Made by a program: the position numbers and the translations under genes. Of a stretch of DNA of 32,000 bases, positions 20,831 through 31,177 are shown in pieces. The notes beneath the pieces are model-generated. The model was not told where the DNA came from and ran no database searches. It worked only from the letters and a program-made list of their open reading frames with translations. Every line of letters starts with the position of its first letter. Positions within the stretch are counted from its first letter, which is position 1. This DNA comes from an uncultured archaeon (GTDB lineage Archaea; Iainarchaeota; Iainarchaeia; Iainarchaeales; Iainarchaeaceae), in assembly GCA_964577555.1 (NCBI GenBank), contig CAZNZM010000004.1:23200-55199 (forward strand), in the 5' to 3' direction.

Positions 20831-22129
20831 CTATTCCCAAGCCAACAAATTAATTTTACCCCTGCGAACAGAACCAGAACTACAATTATTCAAAACAACA
20901 CCAGCCAACCAACCAACACCAGCATCAACAACCTCAACCTCGGCAAATTTTCCCCTCAAATCAAAATCAACAAGAACAGGTTTATAGTTCTGAAGCCTCC
21001 CCAAAAACTTGCCTTTGGAACCAACCTCGCTAAAATAAGCAACTCCTTTACAACCAATCTCAGCCCTGCTCCTTTGATAAGAAATCAACCTGCACAAAGA
21101 AGACATGCGAGAACTACGCTCCTTGACAACTTTGCCAGGCAATTGAGGCATTTCAGCAGCCAAAGTGCCTGGACGAGGAGCAAACTTGGAAACATTAACT
21201 ATATCCGGCATTGTTTCCCTAACAACAGAAACAGTTTCCTCAAATTCAGAATCCGATTCAATTGGAAAGCCGACAATAACATCAGTAGCAATTGTTATGC
21301 CAGGCACATCACGCCTAAGCGAAGAAACCAAACCAACATACTGAGAAGCAGTATAACCCCTTCTCATAACACGCAAAACCCTGTCAGAACCAGACTGCAA
21401 AGGAATATGCAAAAACTTGTAAAGACGATTATCAGAAAACAACGGAACAAGTTTATTATAAATCCTCAACAAATGATGAGGATTCATCATACCAATTCTT
21501 ATCCTAAAATCGCCTTCAACCTCAAGAATTCTTGAAAGCAAATCAGGCAAAGAACAACCAATATCAAGCCCATAAGCACCAGTGTCCTGGCCAGTAAACC
21601 AAAACTCCTTTGAAACAGAAAGAGACTTTTCAAACCGAGCCTTTATTTTATCAGGAGAATAACTCTTAATATTGCCACGCGCAAGCTTTGTGCCACAAAA
21701 AGTGCAAAAATTAGTACAACCACTTTGAATAGGAATTATCGAAACATAAGGATTAGAACTAACAAATTCAACAGAAGGAGAAAAAGGCTCTGAAGCAATA
21801 CCAAGAACCTCAGAAAGCTTCTCAAGATCAGGGCCAATAGAAATTATATTTTTTGAAATACTTTGAACAGCATCAAGATTTATTTTAGGAAGACAACCAA
21901 ATACAACCAATTGGCTACCATTGGCAACTGCAATTTCATTCAAATGCCTTATCCTGGCAAGCATATCAAGCTCAGTCCTGCCTTTAACACCACAAGTATT
22001 AATGACAATAAAATCAGCGTTTTCAGGAGAAGACCCCAAAGAAAAACCATGCGAAAAAGCATGCCCCTTAATCTGTTCAGTCTCCGAAAGATTCATCGAA
22101 CAGCCATAACCTTCAACATATATGCGCAT
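20831..22129 (-). CDS. tRNA methylthiotransferase (MiaB/CDKAL1-like, probable t6A37 type)
   Basis: MRIYVEGYGCSMNLSETEQIKG, VINTCGVK, IQSGCTNFCTFCGTKLARG (CxxxCxxC radical SAM), LHIPLQSGSDRVLRVMRRGYT, DVIVGFPIESDSEF, C-terminal TRAM-like domain. ORF open to 22168 but ATG 22129 fits the conserved N terminus. Confidence 0.93.
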   Translation of the reverse strand: MRIYVEGYGCSMNLSETEQIKGHAFSHGFSLGSSPENADFIVINTCGVKGRTELDMLARIRHLNEIAVANGSQLVVFGCLPKINLDAVQSISKNIISIGPDLEKLSEVLGIASEPFSPSVEFVSSNPYVSIIPIQSGCTNFCTFCGTKLARGNIKSYSPDKIKARFEKSLSVSKEFWFTGQDTGAYGLDIGCSLPDLLSRILEVEGDFRIRIGMMNPHHLLRIYNKLVPLFSDNRLYKFLHIPLQSGSDRVLRVMRRGYTASQYVGLVSSLRRDVPGITIATDVIVGFPIESDSEFEETVSVVRETMPDIVNVSKFAPRPGTLAAEMPQLPGKVVKERSSRMSSLCRLISYQRSRAEIGCKGVAYFSEVGSKGKFLGRLQNYKPVLVDFDLRGKFAEVEVVDAGVGWLAGVVLNNCSSGSVRRGKINLLAWE

Positions 22130-22136
22130 AAGCGCC

Positions 22137-22646
22137 TCACACTTTTTCCTTTCCTTCAAACCTTTCAATCAACAAAACAGCAAACCAACCTGCCAAACCA
22201 GACAAAACAAAATAAAAAAAAGAAGAACCCAAAAAAGAACGAAAAAAATCAAGATTGGTTTGGACAATATAATCAGACATTTCAATTCCATAAAGACTCG
22301 CATTATTATAATGATACACATAAACTGCAAGATAAAAAGCCAAATAGGAAGCAACTAAAAACAACACCGGAAAAACATAATTTATGAAAACCTTTCCAAA
22401 ACCAAACTCCTTCCTCAAATAAGGAACAAGAAAATAAACGAAAAAAAAACCGACAACAGGCATCAACAACAAAGTATAATCAGACTGCCAAGGAAACCTG
22501 TCAAAAGAAATCAAAGAAAACGGCAAATCAGACTTTAAAGACCTAATAACAAAACCCAAAAAATAAAGCATAGCATAAAACAAAACGAAAATAACCAACG
22601 CCTTAAAATCCCTTGAACCCATAAAAAAACCGCAAAAATTGGGCAT
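22137..22646 (-). CDS. Small multi-pass membrane protein, unknown function
   Basis: About four hydrophobic segments; 7-nt gap to the methylthiotransferase start. True start may be at 22622. Confidence 0.65.
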   Translation of the reverse strand: MPNFCGFFMGSRDFKALVIFVLFYAMLYFLGFVIRSLKSDLPFSLISFDRFPWQSDYTLLLMPVVGFFFVYFLVPYLRKEFGFGKVFINYVFPVLFLVASYLAFYLAVYVYHYNNASLYGIEMSDYIVQTNLDFFRSFLGSSFFYFVLSGLAGWFAVLLIERFEGKEKV

Positions 22647-22684
22647 GAATTAATTTAAAACCATTATCATTTCAAAAGCTTTTT

Positions 22685-23653
22685 ATGAAAGAAGAACCAA
22701 ACCTGCCATGGATAGAAAAATACAGGCCAACAAAACTGGAAGAAGTAGAAGGACAAAAAGAAATAATAAAAGTACTGCAAAGCTACGTAAAAAACAAAAC
22801 AATGCCAAACCTAATGTTTACAGGCCAAGCAGGAATAGGAAAAACAAGCTGTGCAGTAGCACTAGCAAAAGAATTCTTCGGAGAAAAATTCAACCAAAAT
22901 TTTTTGGAGCTTAACGCAAGCGACGACAGAGGAATTGACGTAGTCAGGGAAACAATAAAAGACTTTGCAAGAACACTCGCATTCGATTCAAACTTCAAAA
23001 TAATATTCCTAGACGAAAGCGACGCCCTCACAATAGACGCACAACAAGCACTCAGAAGAACAATGGAAAGATATGCAAAAACATGCAGATTCATACTCTC
23101 ATGCAACTACTCAAGTAAAATAATAGAACCAATACAATCAAGATGCGTAGTACTGAGATTCAACCAACTCTCGGCAAAAGAAATAGAAGAAAAAATAAAA
23201 AAAATTGCACACGCAGAAAAAATAGAATTAGAAAAAGAAGCAATAAACGCAATAATCTACGTATCCCAAGGAGACATGAGAAAAGCAATAAACGTAATGC
23301 AAGCGGCAGCATCTCTGCACCAAAAAATAACAGAAAAATCAATATACGACGTTGCAGCAAGAGCAAGACCTGAAGAAATAAAAGAAATGATGAAACAAGC
23401 ACTAACAGGAAAATTCCTAGAAGCAAGACAAAACCTTGACAAACTAATGTACGAACACGGAATGAGCGGAGAAGACGTAATAAACCAAATGCACAGAGAA
23501 CTCATAAACATGCCGGAAGAAGAAATCGACGGCAAAACAAAAATAGAACTAATCGACAAAATAGGAGAATACAATTTCAGAATAGTGGAAGGAGCAAACG
23601 ACAGAATACAACTAGAAGCACTTCTTGCACAATTCATGAAACACAAAAAATAA
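22685..23653 (+). CDS. rfcS: Replication factor C small subunit (clamp loader)
   Basis: PWIEKYRPTKLEEVEGQ, FTGQAGIGKTSCAVALAKEFFG, ELNASDDRGIDVVRETIKDFART, IIFLDESDALTIDAQQALRRTMERYAKTCRFILSCNYSSKIIEPIQSRC. Confidence 0.97.
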   Translation: MKEEPNLPWIEKYRPTKLEEVEGQKEIIKVLQSYVKNKTMPNLMFTGQAGIGKTSCAVALAKEFFGEKFNQNFLELNASDDRGIDVVRETIKDFARTLAFDSNFKIIFLDESDALTIDAQQALRRTMERYAKTCRFILSCNYSSKIIEPIQSRCVVLRFNQLSAKEIEEKIKKIAHAEKIELEKEAINAIIYVSQGDMRKAINVMQAAASLHQKITEKSIYDVAARARPEEIKEMMKQALTGKFLEARQNLDKLMYEHGMSGEDVINQMHRELINMPEEEIDGKTKIELIDKIGEYNFRIVEGANDRIQLEALLAQFMKHKK

Positions 23654-23656
23654 AAT

Positions 23657-24928
23657 TCACTTCAAAAAATCAAAAATACTCCTTTGAGAAATGACTTCCG
23701 AAAGCACAACACTTCTCCTTTTCCAAACATCAAACGGCACAACCAACTTACTTGAAAGATAAGAAATCGCAAGACCAAGATTTGAAAAAGAAATAAAACC
23801 AGACCTCAAAGCATTGCGAACATTCTCCCGAATCTGCCAAACACCTAAAGGAATTTTATAATCATTACCAACTTCCCTAAAAACAACAACACCACACTGC
23901 CTCCTCTTAGACAACAAATACTCACAAACAGCAAGCCTTGCAGCATAATAAGCACCACCAACATTTTCAGCATAAGACTTTCTGCCGGAAAAAAACTCAA
24001 AATCTGAAACAATTTGAGTTTCAGAAGCACCTTCAGTCCAAACCCCGCCCGGCTTCCAAGCCTCAAGCACCTCAAAACACCAAACACGAGGAATAAGCAA
24101 AACAAAAAAATGATTATCCAAATAATGAGACTCAAAAACCATTACTTCGTCAAGAGTGGCAAAATACTTTATGCGCTCATCAATCAAATACTGAGAAATG
24201 CCAGAATCAACAGCAGTAATAGCCCAACGAGTAGGCACAAGCCGACGCTTCTTCTCAACACCCATCAACCCCGCTGAAAGAAGCTTATGCAATTGATTCA
24301 CACCAACCCCTGAATCAAAAAGCTCAAGCAAACCTGAAACAGCACTGGCATCAGTATCATAAACAACCCGCTCAACCTTTCTATTAACCCTGGGATTCTC
24401 TTCAAAAGAAAAACGCTTCAAATCAGCGCTAGGACCCATAGGCGCAACTGAATCAGAAAAAGAAAGAACAGGAAAAGGCTTGTTTTTAAGCTCCAACTCC
24501 ACAGACACCGGTTTGGAAGACATTGCAAGCTCCTGCAAATCCAAAAGCGCATAATCCGGCTTTGAAGCAGAATCCACATCAAAAACAGCATTGCCACGCA
24601 CAAGAGACTGCCTAAAAGAAACTATCTTTGCCTCAGGAAGACCAAACCACTTATCAGTATCATCAAGCAAAGCAGCATCAGAAAAATGCCCAGCAGGAGA
24701 CATAGGCGCAACCACAACCTCAGGATAATTTGAACTGGAAACAAAAAAACCGGGCGGAGAAGAACCAGAAACAGAATTCCCAACAAACTTTGACAAAGAA
24801 TTTTGAAAAGCAGAATACTTTTCAAGAACATAACAATTAGGACCACACCAAAGCCTGCCCTTGCACTTCACACAAACCTCCGGAGAAGGCGAAACACGAA
24901 CATTCATAAATAAAAAAAACCGCGACAA
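23657..24928 (-). CDS. Nre family archaeal DNA repair protein (DUF650/DUF651)
   Basis: CVKCKGRLWCGPNC N-terminal Cys cluster; YYAARLAVCEYLLSKRRQCGVVVFREVGNDYKIPLGVWQIRENVRNAL; C terminus QRSIFDFLK (PIP-box-like). Confidence 0.88.
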   Translation of the reverse strand: MSRFFLFMNVRVSPSPEVCVKCKGRLWCGPNCYVLEKYSAFQNSLSKFVGNSVSGSSPPGFFVSSSNYPEVVVAPMSPAGHFSDAALLDDTDKWFGLPEAKIVSFRQSLVRGNAVFDVDSASKPDYALLDLQELAMSSKPVSVELELKNKPFPVLSFSDSVAPMGPSADLKRFSFEENPRVNRKVERVVYDTDASAVSGLLELFDSGVGVNQLHKLLSAGLMGVEKKRRLVPTRWAITAVDSGISQYLIDERIKYFATLDEVMVFESHYLDNHFFVLLIPRVWCFEVLEAWKPGGVWTEGASETQIVSDFEFFSGRKSYAENVGGAYYAARLAVCEYLLSKRRQCGVVVFREVGNDYKIPLGVWQIRENVRNALRSGFISFSNLGLAISYLSSKLVVPFDVWKRRSVVLSEVISQRSIFDFLK

Positions 24929-25078
24929 AAATAAATAAGGAAATTACAAAACAAAAAAAAGCTACAAACACAAAAAAAACAAGTTAATTTTAAAAAATAA
25001 ATTGAAAAACAAACAAAAAATACCTCAAAAACAAAATCCAACAATTATTTTTATTACTTCCCACACACAAAGTAAACA

Positions 25079-26986
25079 ATGGAAAAAATAATACTTGAAT
25101 TCCCAGACGGCACAAAAAAAGAATTCCAAAAAAACACAACAGCACAACAAATAGCTGAAAGCATAGGAACAAAGCTAGCCAAAGAAGCATTATCCGCAAA
25201 AATCAACGAAAAAATAATAGAAATGGACACCCCAATCCAAGAAAGCGGCAAATTCAAAATACTCACCTGGCAAGACGACGAAGGAAAAAAAAGCATGTGG
25301 CACACTGCATCACACGTGCTTGCAGAAGCTGTAACAGAACTTTTTCCAGAAGCAAAACCAACAATAGGGCCTCCAATAGAAGAAGGATTTTACTACGACT
25401 TCCACACCAAAGAACCATTCACTCCAGAAGACTTGAACAAAATTGAAAAAAAAATGCAAGAAATAATAAAAGAAAAAAGAAAAATAGAAAGAGAAGAAAC
25501 GGAAAAAAACGAAGCAATAAAAAAATTCAAAGGAAACAAATTCAAACAAGAACTAATAGAAGAATTCGCACAACAAGGAAAAAAAATCACTATTTACAAA
25601 CAAGGAAAATTCTACGATTTGTGCAAAGGCGGACACGTCACAAACACAGAAAAAATAGGAGAAATAAAACTGCTAAAAACATCATCAGCGTATTGGAAAG
25701 GAGACCAAACAAAAGAAACCTTGCAAAGAATTTACGGCATAGCATTCCCAAAACAAACAATGCTGGAAGAATTCCTAAAAAACAAAGAAGAAGCAGAAAA
25801 AAGAAACCACACTAAAATAGGCAAAGAACTAAAAATTTTTTCAATGCACGAAGAAGCTCCAGGCACAATATTCTTCCACAACGCAGGCACAATAATATGG
25901 AACGAGCTAGTAAACTTTGCAAGAGAAGAACAAAAAAAAAGAGGATACATAGAAGTAATAACCCCAATAATAATGAAAAAAGAACTTTGGCTCAAAAGCG
26001 GACACTGGGACCATTACAAAGAAAACATGTACTTTACAAAAATAGACAACGAAGAATACGCAATCAAACCAATGAATTGCCCAGGCCACACACTAATTTA
26101 CAGCAACAACAGACACTCATACAGAGACCTCCCAATAAGAATGGCAGAATTCGGAATAGTCCACAGACACGAACTCTCAGGAGTACTAAACGGAATGCTA
26201 AGAGTAAGAAAATTCACACAAGACGACACACACATATTCTGCACCCCAGAACAAATAGAACAAGAAGTAAAAACACTACTAGACATGGCTGGACAATACT
26301 ACAAAACATTCGGCTTTGAATACAAAATAGAACTATCAACCAAACCAAAAAAAGCAATGGGTTCAAAAGAAATATGGGAAAAAGCAGAAAACGCACTAAA
26401 AAAAGCGCTACAAGAAGCAGGAAAAGAATTCAAAATAAACGAAGGAGACGGAGCATTCTACGGCCCAAAAATAGACTTCCACATAAAAGACGCAATAGGA
26501 AGAAGCTGGCAACTAGGCACAATACAATTGGACTTCCAAATGCCCGAAAAATTCCAACTAACATACATAGACAAAGAAGGCAAAGAACAAAGACCAGTAA
26601 TGATACACAGAGCAATATTCGGCTCGCTGGAAAGATTCATAGGAATACTAATAGAACACTACGCAGGCGCATTCCCAACATGGCTGGCACCAACACAAGT
26701 AAAAATAATCTCAGTAAGCGAAAAACACAACGCACACGCAGAAAAAATATGGCAAACCATGAAAGAAAAAGGAATAAGAGCCCAACTAGACACGGAAAAC
26801 CAAACAGTAGCATACAAAGTAAGAGAAGCACAAACACAAAAAATACCTTACATAATCACAATCGGCGAAAAAGAAGAAAAAACAAACACAATAGCAGTAA
26901 AAGACAGACAAGGAAAACTAGAATTCGGAATAAAAACAGAAGAATTCATAGAAAAAATACAAAAAACAATCAAAGAAAAAAAATAA
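25079..26986 (+). CDS. thrS: Threonyl-tRNA synthetase, bacterial-type architecture
   Basis: TGS domain, WHTASHVLAEAVTELFPEAKPTIGPPIEEGFYYDF editing domain, MNCPGHTLIY, RMAEFGIVHRHELSGVLNGMLRVRKFTQDDTHIFC, GDGAFYGPKIDFHIKDAIGRSWQLGTIQLDFQMPEKF, C-terminal anticodon-binding domain. Confidence 0.96.
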   Translation: MEKIILEFPDGTKKEFQKNTTAQQIAESIGTKLAKEALSAKINEKIIEMDTPIQESGKFKILTWQDDEGKKSMWHTASHVLAEAVTELFPEAKPTIGPPIEEGFYYDFHTKEPFTPEDLNKIEKKMQEIIKEKRKIEREETEKNEAIKKFKGNKFKQELIEEFAQQGKKITIYKQGKFYDLCKGGHVTNTEKIGEIKLLKTSSAYWKGDQTKETLQRIYGIAFPKQTMLEEFLKNKEEAEKRNHTKIGKELKIFSMHEEAPGTIFFHNAGTIIWNELVNFAREEQKKRGYIEVITPIIMKKELWLKSGHWDHYKENMYFTKIDNEEYAIKPMNCPGHTLIYSNNRHSYRDLPIRMAEFGIVHRHELSGVLNGMLRVRKFTQDDTHIFCTPEQIEQEVKTLLDMAGQYYKTFGFEYKIELSTKPKKAMGSKEIWEKAENALKKALQEAGKEFKINEGDGAFYGPKIDFHIKDAIGRSWQLGTIQLDFQMPEKFQLTYIDKEGKEQRPVMIHRAIFGSLERFIGILIEHYAGAFPTWLAPTQVKIISVSEKHNAHAEKIWQTMKEKGIRAQLDTENQTVAYKVREAQTQKIPYIITIGEKEEKTNTIAVKDRQGKLEFGIKTEEFIEKIQKTIKEKK

Positions 26987-27079
26987 AAAAAAACAGAAAA
27001 AAATTTAACAAAAAAATGTGACACGACAAAAATAAATACACAAACAAATACGCCAAAAAATCTTTAAAAAAAATAACAA

Positions 27080-27256
27080 AAAAAATTGGCTCACAAAAAA
27101 AACAACAAAAAAAACAAAACAAAAAAACTGGCGTGACAAAACCAAAAACAAAAAAAACATCTAAAAAATAAATCGACTTGAAAACAAGCAAAAAAAATTA
27201 AAAAAAAATAAAAAAAACAACTTGACAAAAAAAATGGCTCACAAAAAAAAACAATT
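27080..27256. repeat. Degenerate A-rich direct repeats in an intergenic spacer
   Basis: ttggctcac(A)8caa near 27086-27104 and atggctcac(A)9caa near 27234-27253; related aaaaaaactggcgtgac between them. Confidence 0.4.
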
Positions 27257-27337
27257 TGACAAAGCAAATAAAAAAAACACCTAAAGAAAGGGCAAGCAAA
27301 ATTTATAATATTCAAAAACAATTTAATATCTGATTTT

Positions 27338-29077
27338 ATGCCAAACTACATGGACGAACTATTCGAAAAAATAAAAGCAAAAAACCAGCCAAAACAAGAC
27401 AAAGAACAAAAAAACAAGGAAACACAAGAAACCACGCCAAAACAACCACAAGAAGAGCAAAAAACAAAAATTACAATTGAAATACCATACACCAACACAA
27501 AAAAAGAAAACCAAGAAAAACAAAACCCAAGCATTGAAAACCAAAAAACACAACCAAGCCAAAACACTAACGAACCAAAAAACTACGAAGAAGACGAAGA
27601 AAACACAATATCAGAAACAGAAAAAAAAATGGACAAAGCAGAAAAAGAACTTATAGAATCAAACCAATACGGAAAAATATTCAAAATACAAGGACAAGAA
27701 ATGCTATACTACCATTCGCCAGTGACAAGACCAACAGGCGGAGAAAGAGCAATAATAAACACCATAAAAGAAGCCGCAACAAGAATAATCACAATAGTGC
27801 CATACAAAATAAGAGACCCAGAACAAAGACGAAACGTATACTTCCAAAAAATAATAGAAATACTCAGAGAATCCCCAGAACTAAGAATACCATCAAACAA
27901 AATAGAATTCTACGCAGAAGCAGTAGTCAGAGAAATGATAGGATACGGAATAATAGACACACTCATCAAAGACCCAATGCTGGAAGAAATAATGGTAATA
28001 GCCCCAAAAACACCAGTATTCGTATTCCACAGAAAATACGGCATGATGCTCACAAACATAGAATTCTATTCGGACAACGAAATACAAGACCTCATAAACA
28101 GAATGGCAAGAACAATAGGAAGAAGAGTAGACATTGCAAGCCCGCTACTTGACGCAAGACTCCTAGACGGAAGCCGCGTAAACGCCACAATACCGCCAGC
28201 CTCAGTAGAAGGCTCAACACTCACAATCAGAAAATTCAGACCAGACCCATACACCATAATAGACCTAATAAACTACAACACAATAAATTCAGAAGCAGCA
28301 GCTTTCCTATGGTTGGCAGTAGAAGGAATGAGAGCAAGACCAGCAAACATACTCATATCAGGAGGCACAGGCTCGGGAAAAACAACACTTCTAAACGTAC
28401 TAGCCGCATTCATACCAGACGCAGAAAGAGTAATATCAATTGAAGACACAGCAGAACTAAAACTCCCGCTAAAACACTGGGTAAGACTAGAAGCAAAACC
28501 ACCAGGATTGGAAGGCACAGGAGAAATAACAATGGACATACTAACAAAAAACGCACTCAGAATGAGGCCGGACAGAATAATAGTAGGCGAAATAAGACAC
28601 GCAGAAGCCTTTGCACTATTCACAGCAATGAACACAGGACACGCGGGAAGCATGGGAACAGTACACGCAAACTCGCCACAAGAAACAATAGTAAGAGTAA
28701 CAAACCCGCCAATGAACGTGCCAGAAGTAATGATGGCAGGACTAAACTTCATAATAATAGAACACAGACTACACGACAAAAAACTCGGCACAATAAGAAG
28801 AATAACAGAAATAGCAGAAGTAACAGGATCACTCGAAGGAAAAACCAAAACAGAACCAATATACCGAAGAGAAGCAGCAACAGATTCTTTAATAAGAACA
28901 AAAGCCCCAATACAATTCTTAAAACAAATAGAAGAAGGAACCGGCTTGACACAAGACCGAATAATGAAAGAACTCAAAGCAAGACAAGAATTCCTAGAAA
29001 ACCTTGCAGAAAAGAAAATAACAAGACTAGAAGACGTGTCAGAAGCAACTGCAAAATTCCTGTTGGAAGAGAGATAA
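27338..29077 (+). CDS. Type II/IV secretion system ATPase (TadA/FlaI/GspE-like)
   Basis: RPANILISGGTGSGKTTLLNVLAAFIPDAERVISIEDTAELKLP, NALRMRPDRIIVGEIRHAEAFALFTAMNTGHAGSMGTVHANSPQETIVRVTNPPMNVP. Confidence 0.95.
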   Translation: MPNYMDELFEKIKAKNQPKQDKEQKNKETQETTPKQPQEEQKTKITIEIPYTNTKKENQEKQNPSIENQKTQPSQNTNEPKNYEEDEENTISETEKKMDKAEKELIESNQYGKIFKIQGQEMLYYHSPVTRPTGGERAIINTIKEAATRIITIVPYKIRDPEQRRNVYFQKIIEILRESPELRIPSNKIEFYAEAVVREMIGYGIIDTLIKDPMLEEIMVIAPKTPVFVFHRKYGMMLTNIEFYSDNEIQDLINRMARTIGRRVDIASPLLDARLLDGSRVNATIPPASVEGSTLTIRKFRPDPYTIIDLINYNTINSEAAAFLWLAVEGMRARPANILISGGTGSGKTTLLNVLAAFIPDAERVISIEDTAELKLPLKHWVRLEAKPPGLEGTGEITMDILTKNALRMRPDRIIVGEIRHAEAFALFTAMNTGHAGSMGTVHANSPQETIVRVTNPPMNVPEVMMAGLNFIIIEHRLHDKKLGTIRRITEIAEVTGSLEGKTKTEPIYRREAATDSLIRTKAPIQFLKQIEEGTGLTQDRIMKELKARQEFLENLAEKKITRLEDVSEATAKFLLEER

Positions 29078-29079
29078 AA

Positions 29080-30219
29080 ATGACAGACCTAAACAACCTC
29101 AGAGAAAAAATAGAAGAAAAAAAAGAAAAAAAAACAGAACAAGAACAACCAAAAACCGAAGACTACGTTGACACAAACCAAGTGGAAAAAATAGTTGACA
29201 GAATGAAAAAAAAATACAAACAAGAAGGCCTAGAATTTGAAAAAGCAAAAGGAGAATTAGGAGAACTAAGAGACATAATAGCAGAAGGAGAACAAGAAAA
29301 ACTAAGCGTACAAAGAGTAGAAGACCTCCAAGAATTCCAAAACCCAACAATACAATCCCTAGGAAAATTCTACCTCACATTCAAAACACTACTAAACCCA
29401 ATATCAAACTTCTTCTACAAAATGCCAATAGCAAGCGACGTAAGATACTACTTATATTCAGCAAACATGAAAATGTCACTAATACAATGGCTCGCACTAT
29501 CAGTATCAGCCGCCACAATAGCAGGATTCTTTACACTAACAATGGCAACAGCACTAGTACTCACAATAGAAGCACCATGGTTCCTACCACTAATATTAAC
29601 ACCGATAGTAGCAGCATTCACGCTAATAGTAGCACTATTAATACCAAAAAGCAACGCACAAAGAAGAGGCATAGAAATAAGCAGAGAACTGCCATTCGTA
29701 TTAAGACACATGGCAACAGAACTAAAAGCAGGCATAGGACTATACAAATCACTCCAAACAATAGCAGCCTCAGACTACGGAGTACTAAGCGAAGAATTCG
29801 GAAGAACAATAACAGAAATAGAAGAAGGAACAGACGTAAAAGACGCATTAAGACACTTTGCACTCAGAACACAATCAAAAGCACTAAAAAACTCACTATT
29901 CCACGTCATAAGAGCAATGAAAACAGGAGGCAGCCTCTCAGAAATAATGAACATAATAGCAGAAGACGTAAGCTTCGAAATGCAAGTAAAAATAAAAGAC
30001 TTCTCAGAAAAACTAAACTTCTTCGGAGTAATATTCATTTTCGGAGCAATAGTAGTACCAGTATTCATAGCAATAATAGGCGCAATAACAAACGCACCAG
30101 TAAGCCCCGGCGGAATAAACATACCGCCAATAATGCTAATGGTATTTTACATAATAATAATGCCATTCCTATTAGGATTTTTGGCAATTTTCCTAAAAAT
30201 AACACAACCACAGACGTGA
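29080..30219 (+). CDS. T4P/archaellum platform protein (TadC/FlaJ/T2SSF-like), first copy
   Basis: ISRELPFVLRHMATELKAGIGLYKSLQTIAASDYGVLSEEFGRTITEIEEGTDVKDALRHFALRTQSKALKNSLFHVIRAMKTGGSLSEIM plus C-terminal membrane segments. Confidence 0.9.
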   Translation: MTDLNNLREKIEEKKEKKTEQEQPKTEDYVDTNQVEKIVDRMKKKYKQEGLEFEKAKGELGELRDIIAEGEQEKLSVQRVEDLQEFQNPTIQSLGKFYLTFKTLLNPISNFFYKMPIASDVRYYLYSANMKMSLIQWLALSVSAATIAGFFTLTMATALVLTIEAPWFLPLILTPIVAAFTLIVALLIPKSNAQRRGIEISRELPFVLRHMATELKAGIGLYKSLQTIAASDYGVLSEEFGRTITEIEEGTDVKDALRHFALRTQSKALKNSLFHVIRAMKTGGSLSEIMNIIAEDVSFEMQVKIKDFSEKLNFFGVIFIFGAIVVPVFIAIIGAITNAPVSPGGINIPPIMLMVFYIIIMPFLLGFLAIFLKITQPQT

Positions 30220-30223
30220 AAAC

Positions 30224-31177
30224 ATGGCACTCCAACTAATAGATACAATACCAATAATAAAAGAAATGAGCATAATGAAAAAATACGCAAGATACTTGCA
30301 CACAGCAGACTTCAGAATAGACCCATTACTATGGATAATTTACTGCTTAGTAGCCGCAACAATAATATCAACAATAATGTTCTTCATAGCAACATACTTC
30401 AACCTAGAACAATCAATAGCAATAGGAATACTCGGCTTCATAGTAATACTTGATTTAGGATTAGGATACCCATACCTAAAAGCAGAACAAAAAATAGAAG
30501 AAATAGAAGAAATACTCCCAGACGCGCTAAGACAAATGGCTGACACACTAAAATCAGGCGGCACATACGAACTCGCAATAAAAGAAGTAGCAACATCAGA
30601 TTATGGCCCATTAAAAGTAGAAATGAACGAAGTACTAAGAAAACTCGAAGAAGGAGAAAACTTTGAAAACTCATTCAAAACACTTGCAAAAAACATTGAC
30701 TCAAGACTAGTAAAAAGAACAGTCACAATAATAACAAACTCAATACAAGCAGGAGCAGGACTATCAAACGTATTAGAACAAATAGCAGAAGACGTAAGAG
30801 CATTCTACAGAATAGCAAAAGAAAGAAAAGCATCAACAGCAATGCAAGTAATATTCATGTTCGTGGCAGGAGCACTAATAGCACCAATGATATTCGGATT
30901 CGTATCAACAATATCAAAAATCCTAATAACATCCTCAGGAATGGCGGCAACAGAAGAAGCAAAAGCAGCAGCAACAGAAGCATCAGTAATAATAAACATG
31001 ACAATACAATTATACATATTCATAGAAACATTCTTTTCAGCACTAATGATATCAATAATGCGCGAAGGAAAGATAAGCAAAACAATTATATATTTCCCAA
31101 TACTTGTTTTAATAGCTTATATCGCCTATTTGGCGGCATCAATATTTTTCAGTGGAATATTAGGGGTAAAAACATGA
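30224..31177 (+). CDS. T4P/archaellum platform protein (TadC/FlaJ/T2SSF-like), second copy
   Basis: LPDALRQMADTLKSGGTYELAIKEVATSDYGPLKVEMNEVLRKLEEGENFENSFKTLAKNIDSRLVKRTVTIITNSIQAGAGLSNVLEQIAEDVRAF plus membrane segments. Confidence 0.9.
   Translation: MALQLIDTIPIIKEMSIMKKYARYLHTADFRIDPLLWIIYCLVAATIISTIMFFIATYFNLEQSIAIGILGFIVILDLGLGYPYLKAEQKIEEIEEILPDALRQMADTLKSGGTYELAIKEVATSDYGPLKVEMNEVLRKLEEGENFENSFKTLAKNIDSRLVKRTVTIITNSIQAGAGLSNVLEQIAEDVRAFYRIAKERKASTAMQVIFMFVAGALIAPMIFGFVSTISKILITSSGMAATEEAKAAATEASVIINMTIQLYIFIETFFSALMISIMREGKISKTIIYFPILVLIAYIAYLAASIFFSGILGVKT

Noticed and set aside
22674-22683. Palindrome aaaagctttt just upstream of rfcS
   Set aside because: A short palindrome of A/T runs is likely by chance in this composition, and there is no other support.
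24990-25815. Minus ORFs 24990..25199 and 25054..25305, and + ORF 25621..25815 near thrS
   Set aside because: They overlap or flank a confidently identified ThrRS frame and have no recognisable domain.
27091-27321. Phe/Cys-rich minus ORFs over the thrS-pilus spacer (26970..27191, 27091..27321)
   Set aside because: Their similarity to each other simply reflects the A-rich DNA repeats; TTT/TTC/TGT-rich translation is not protein-like.
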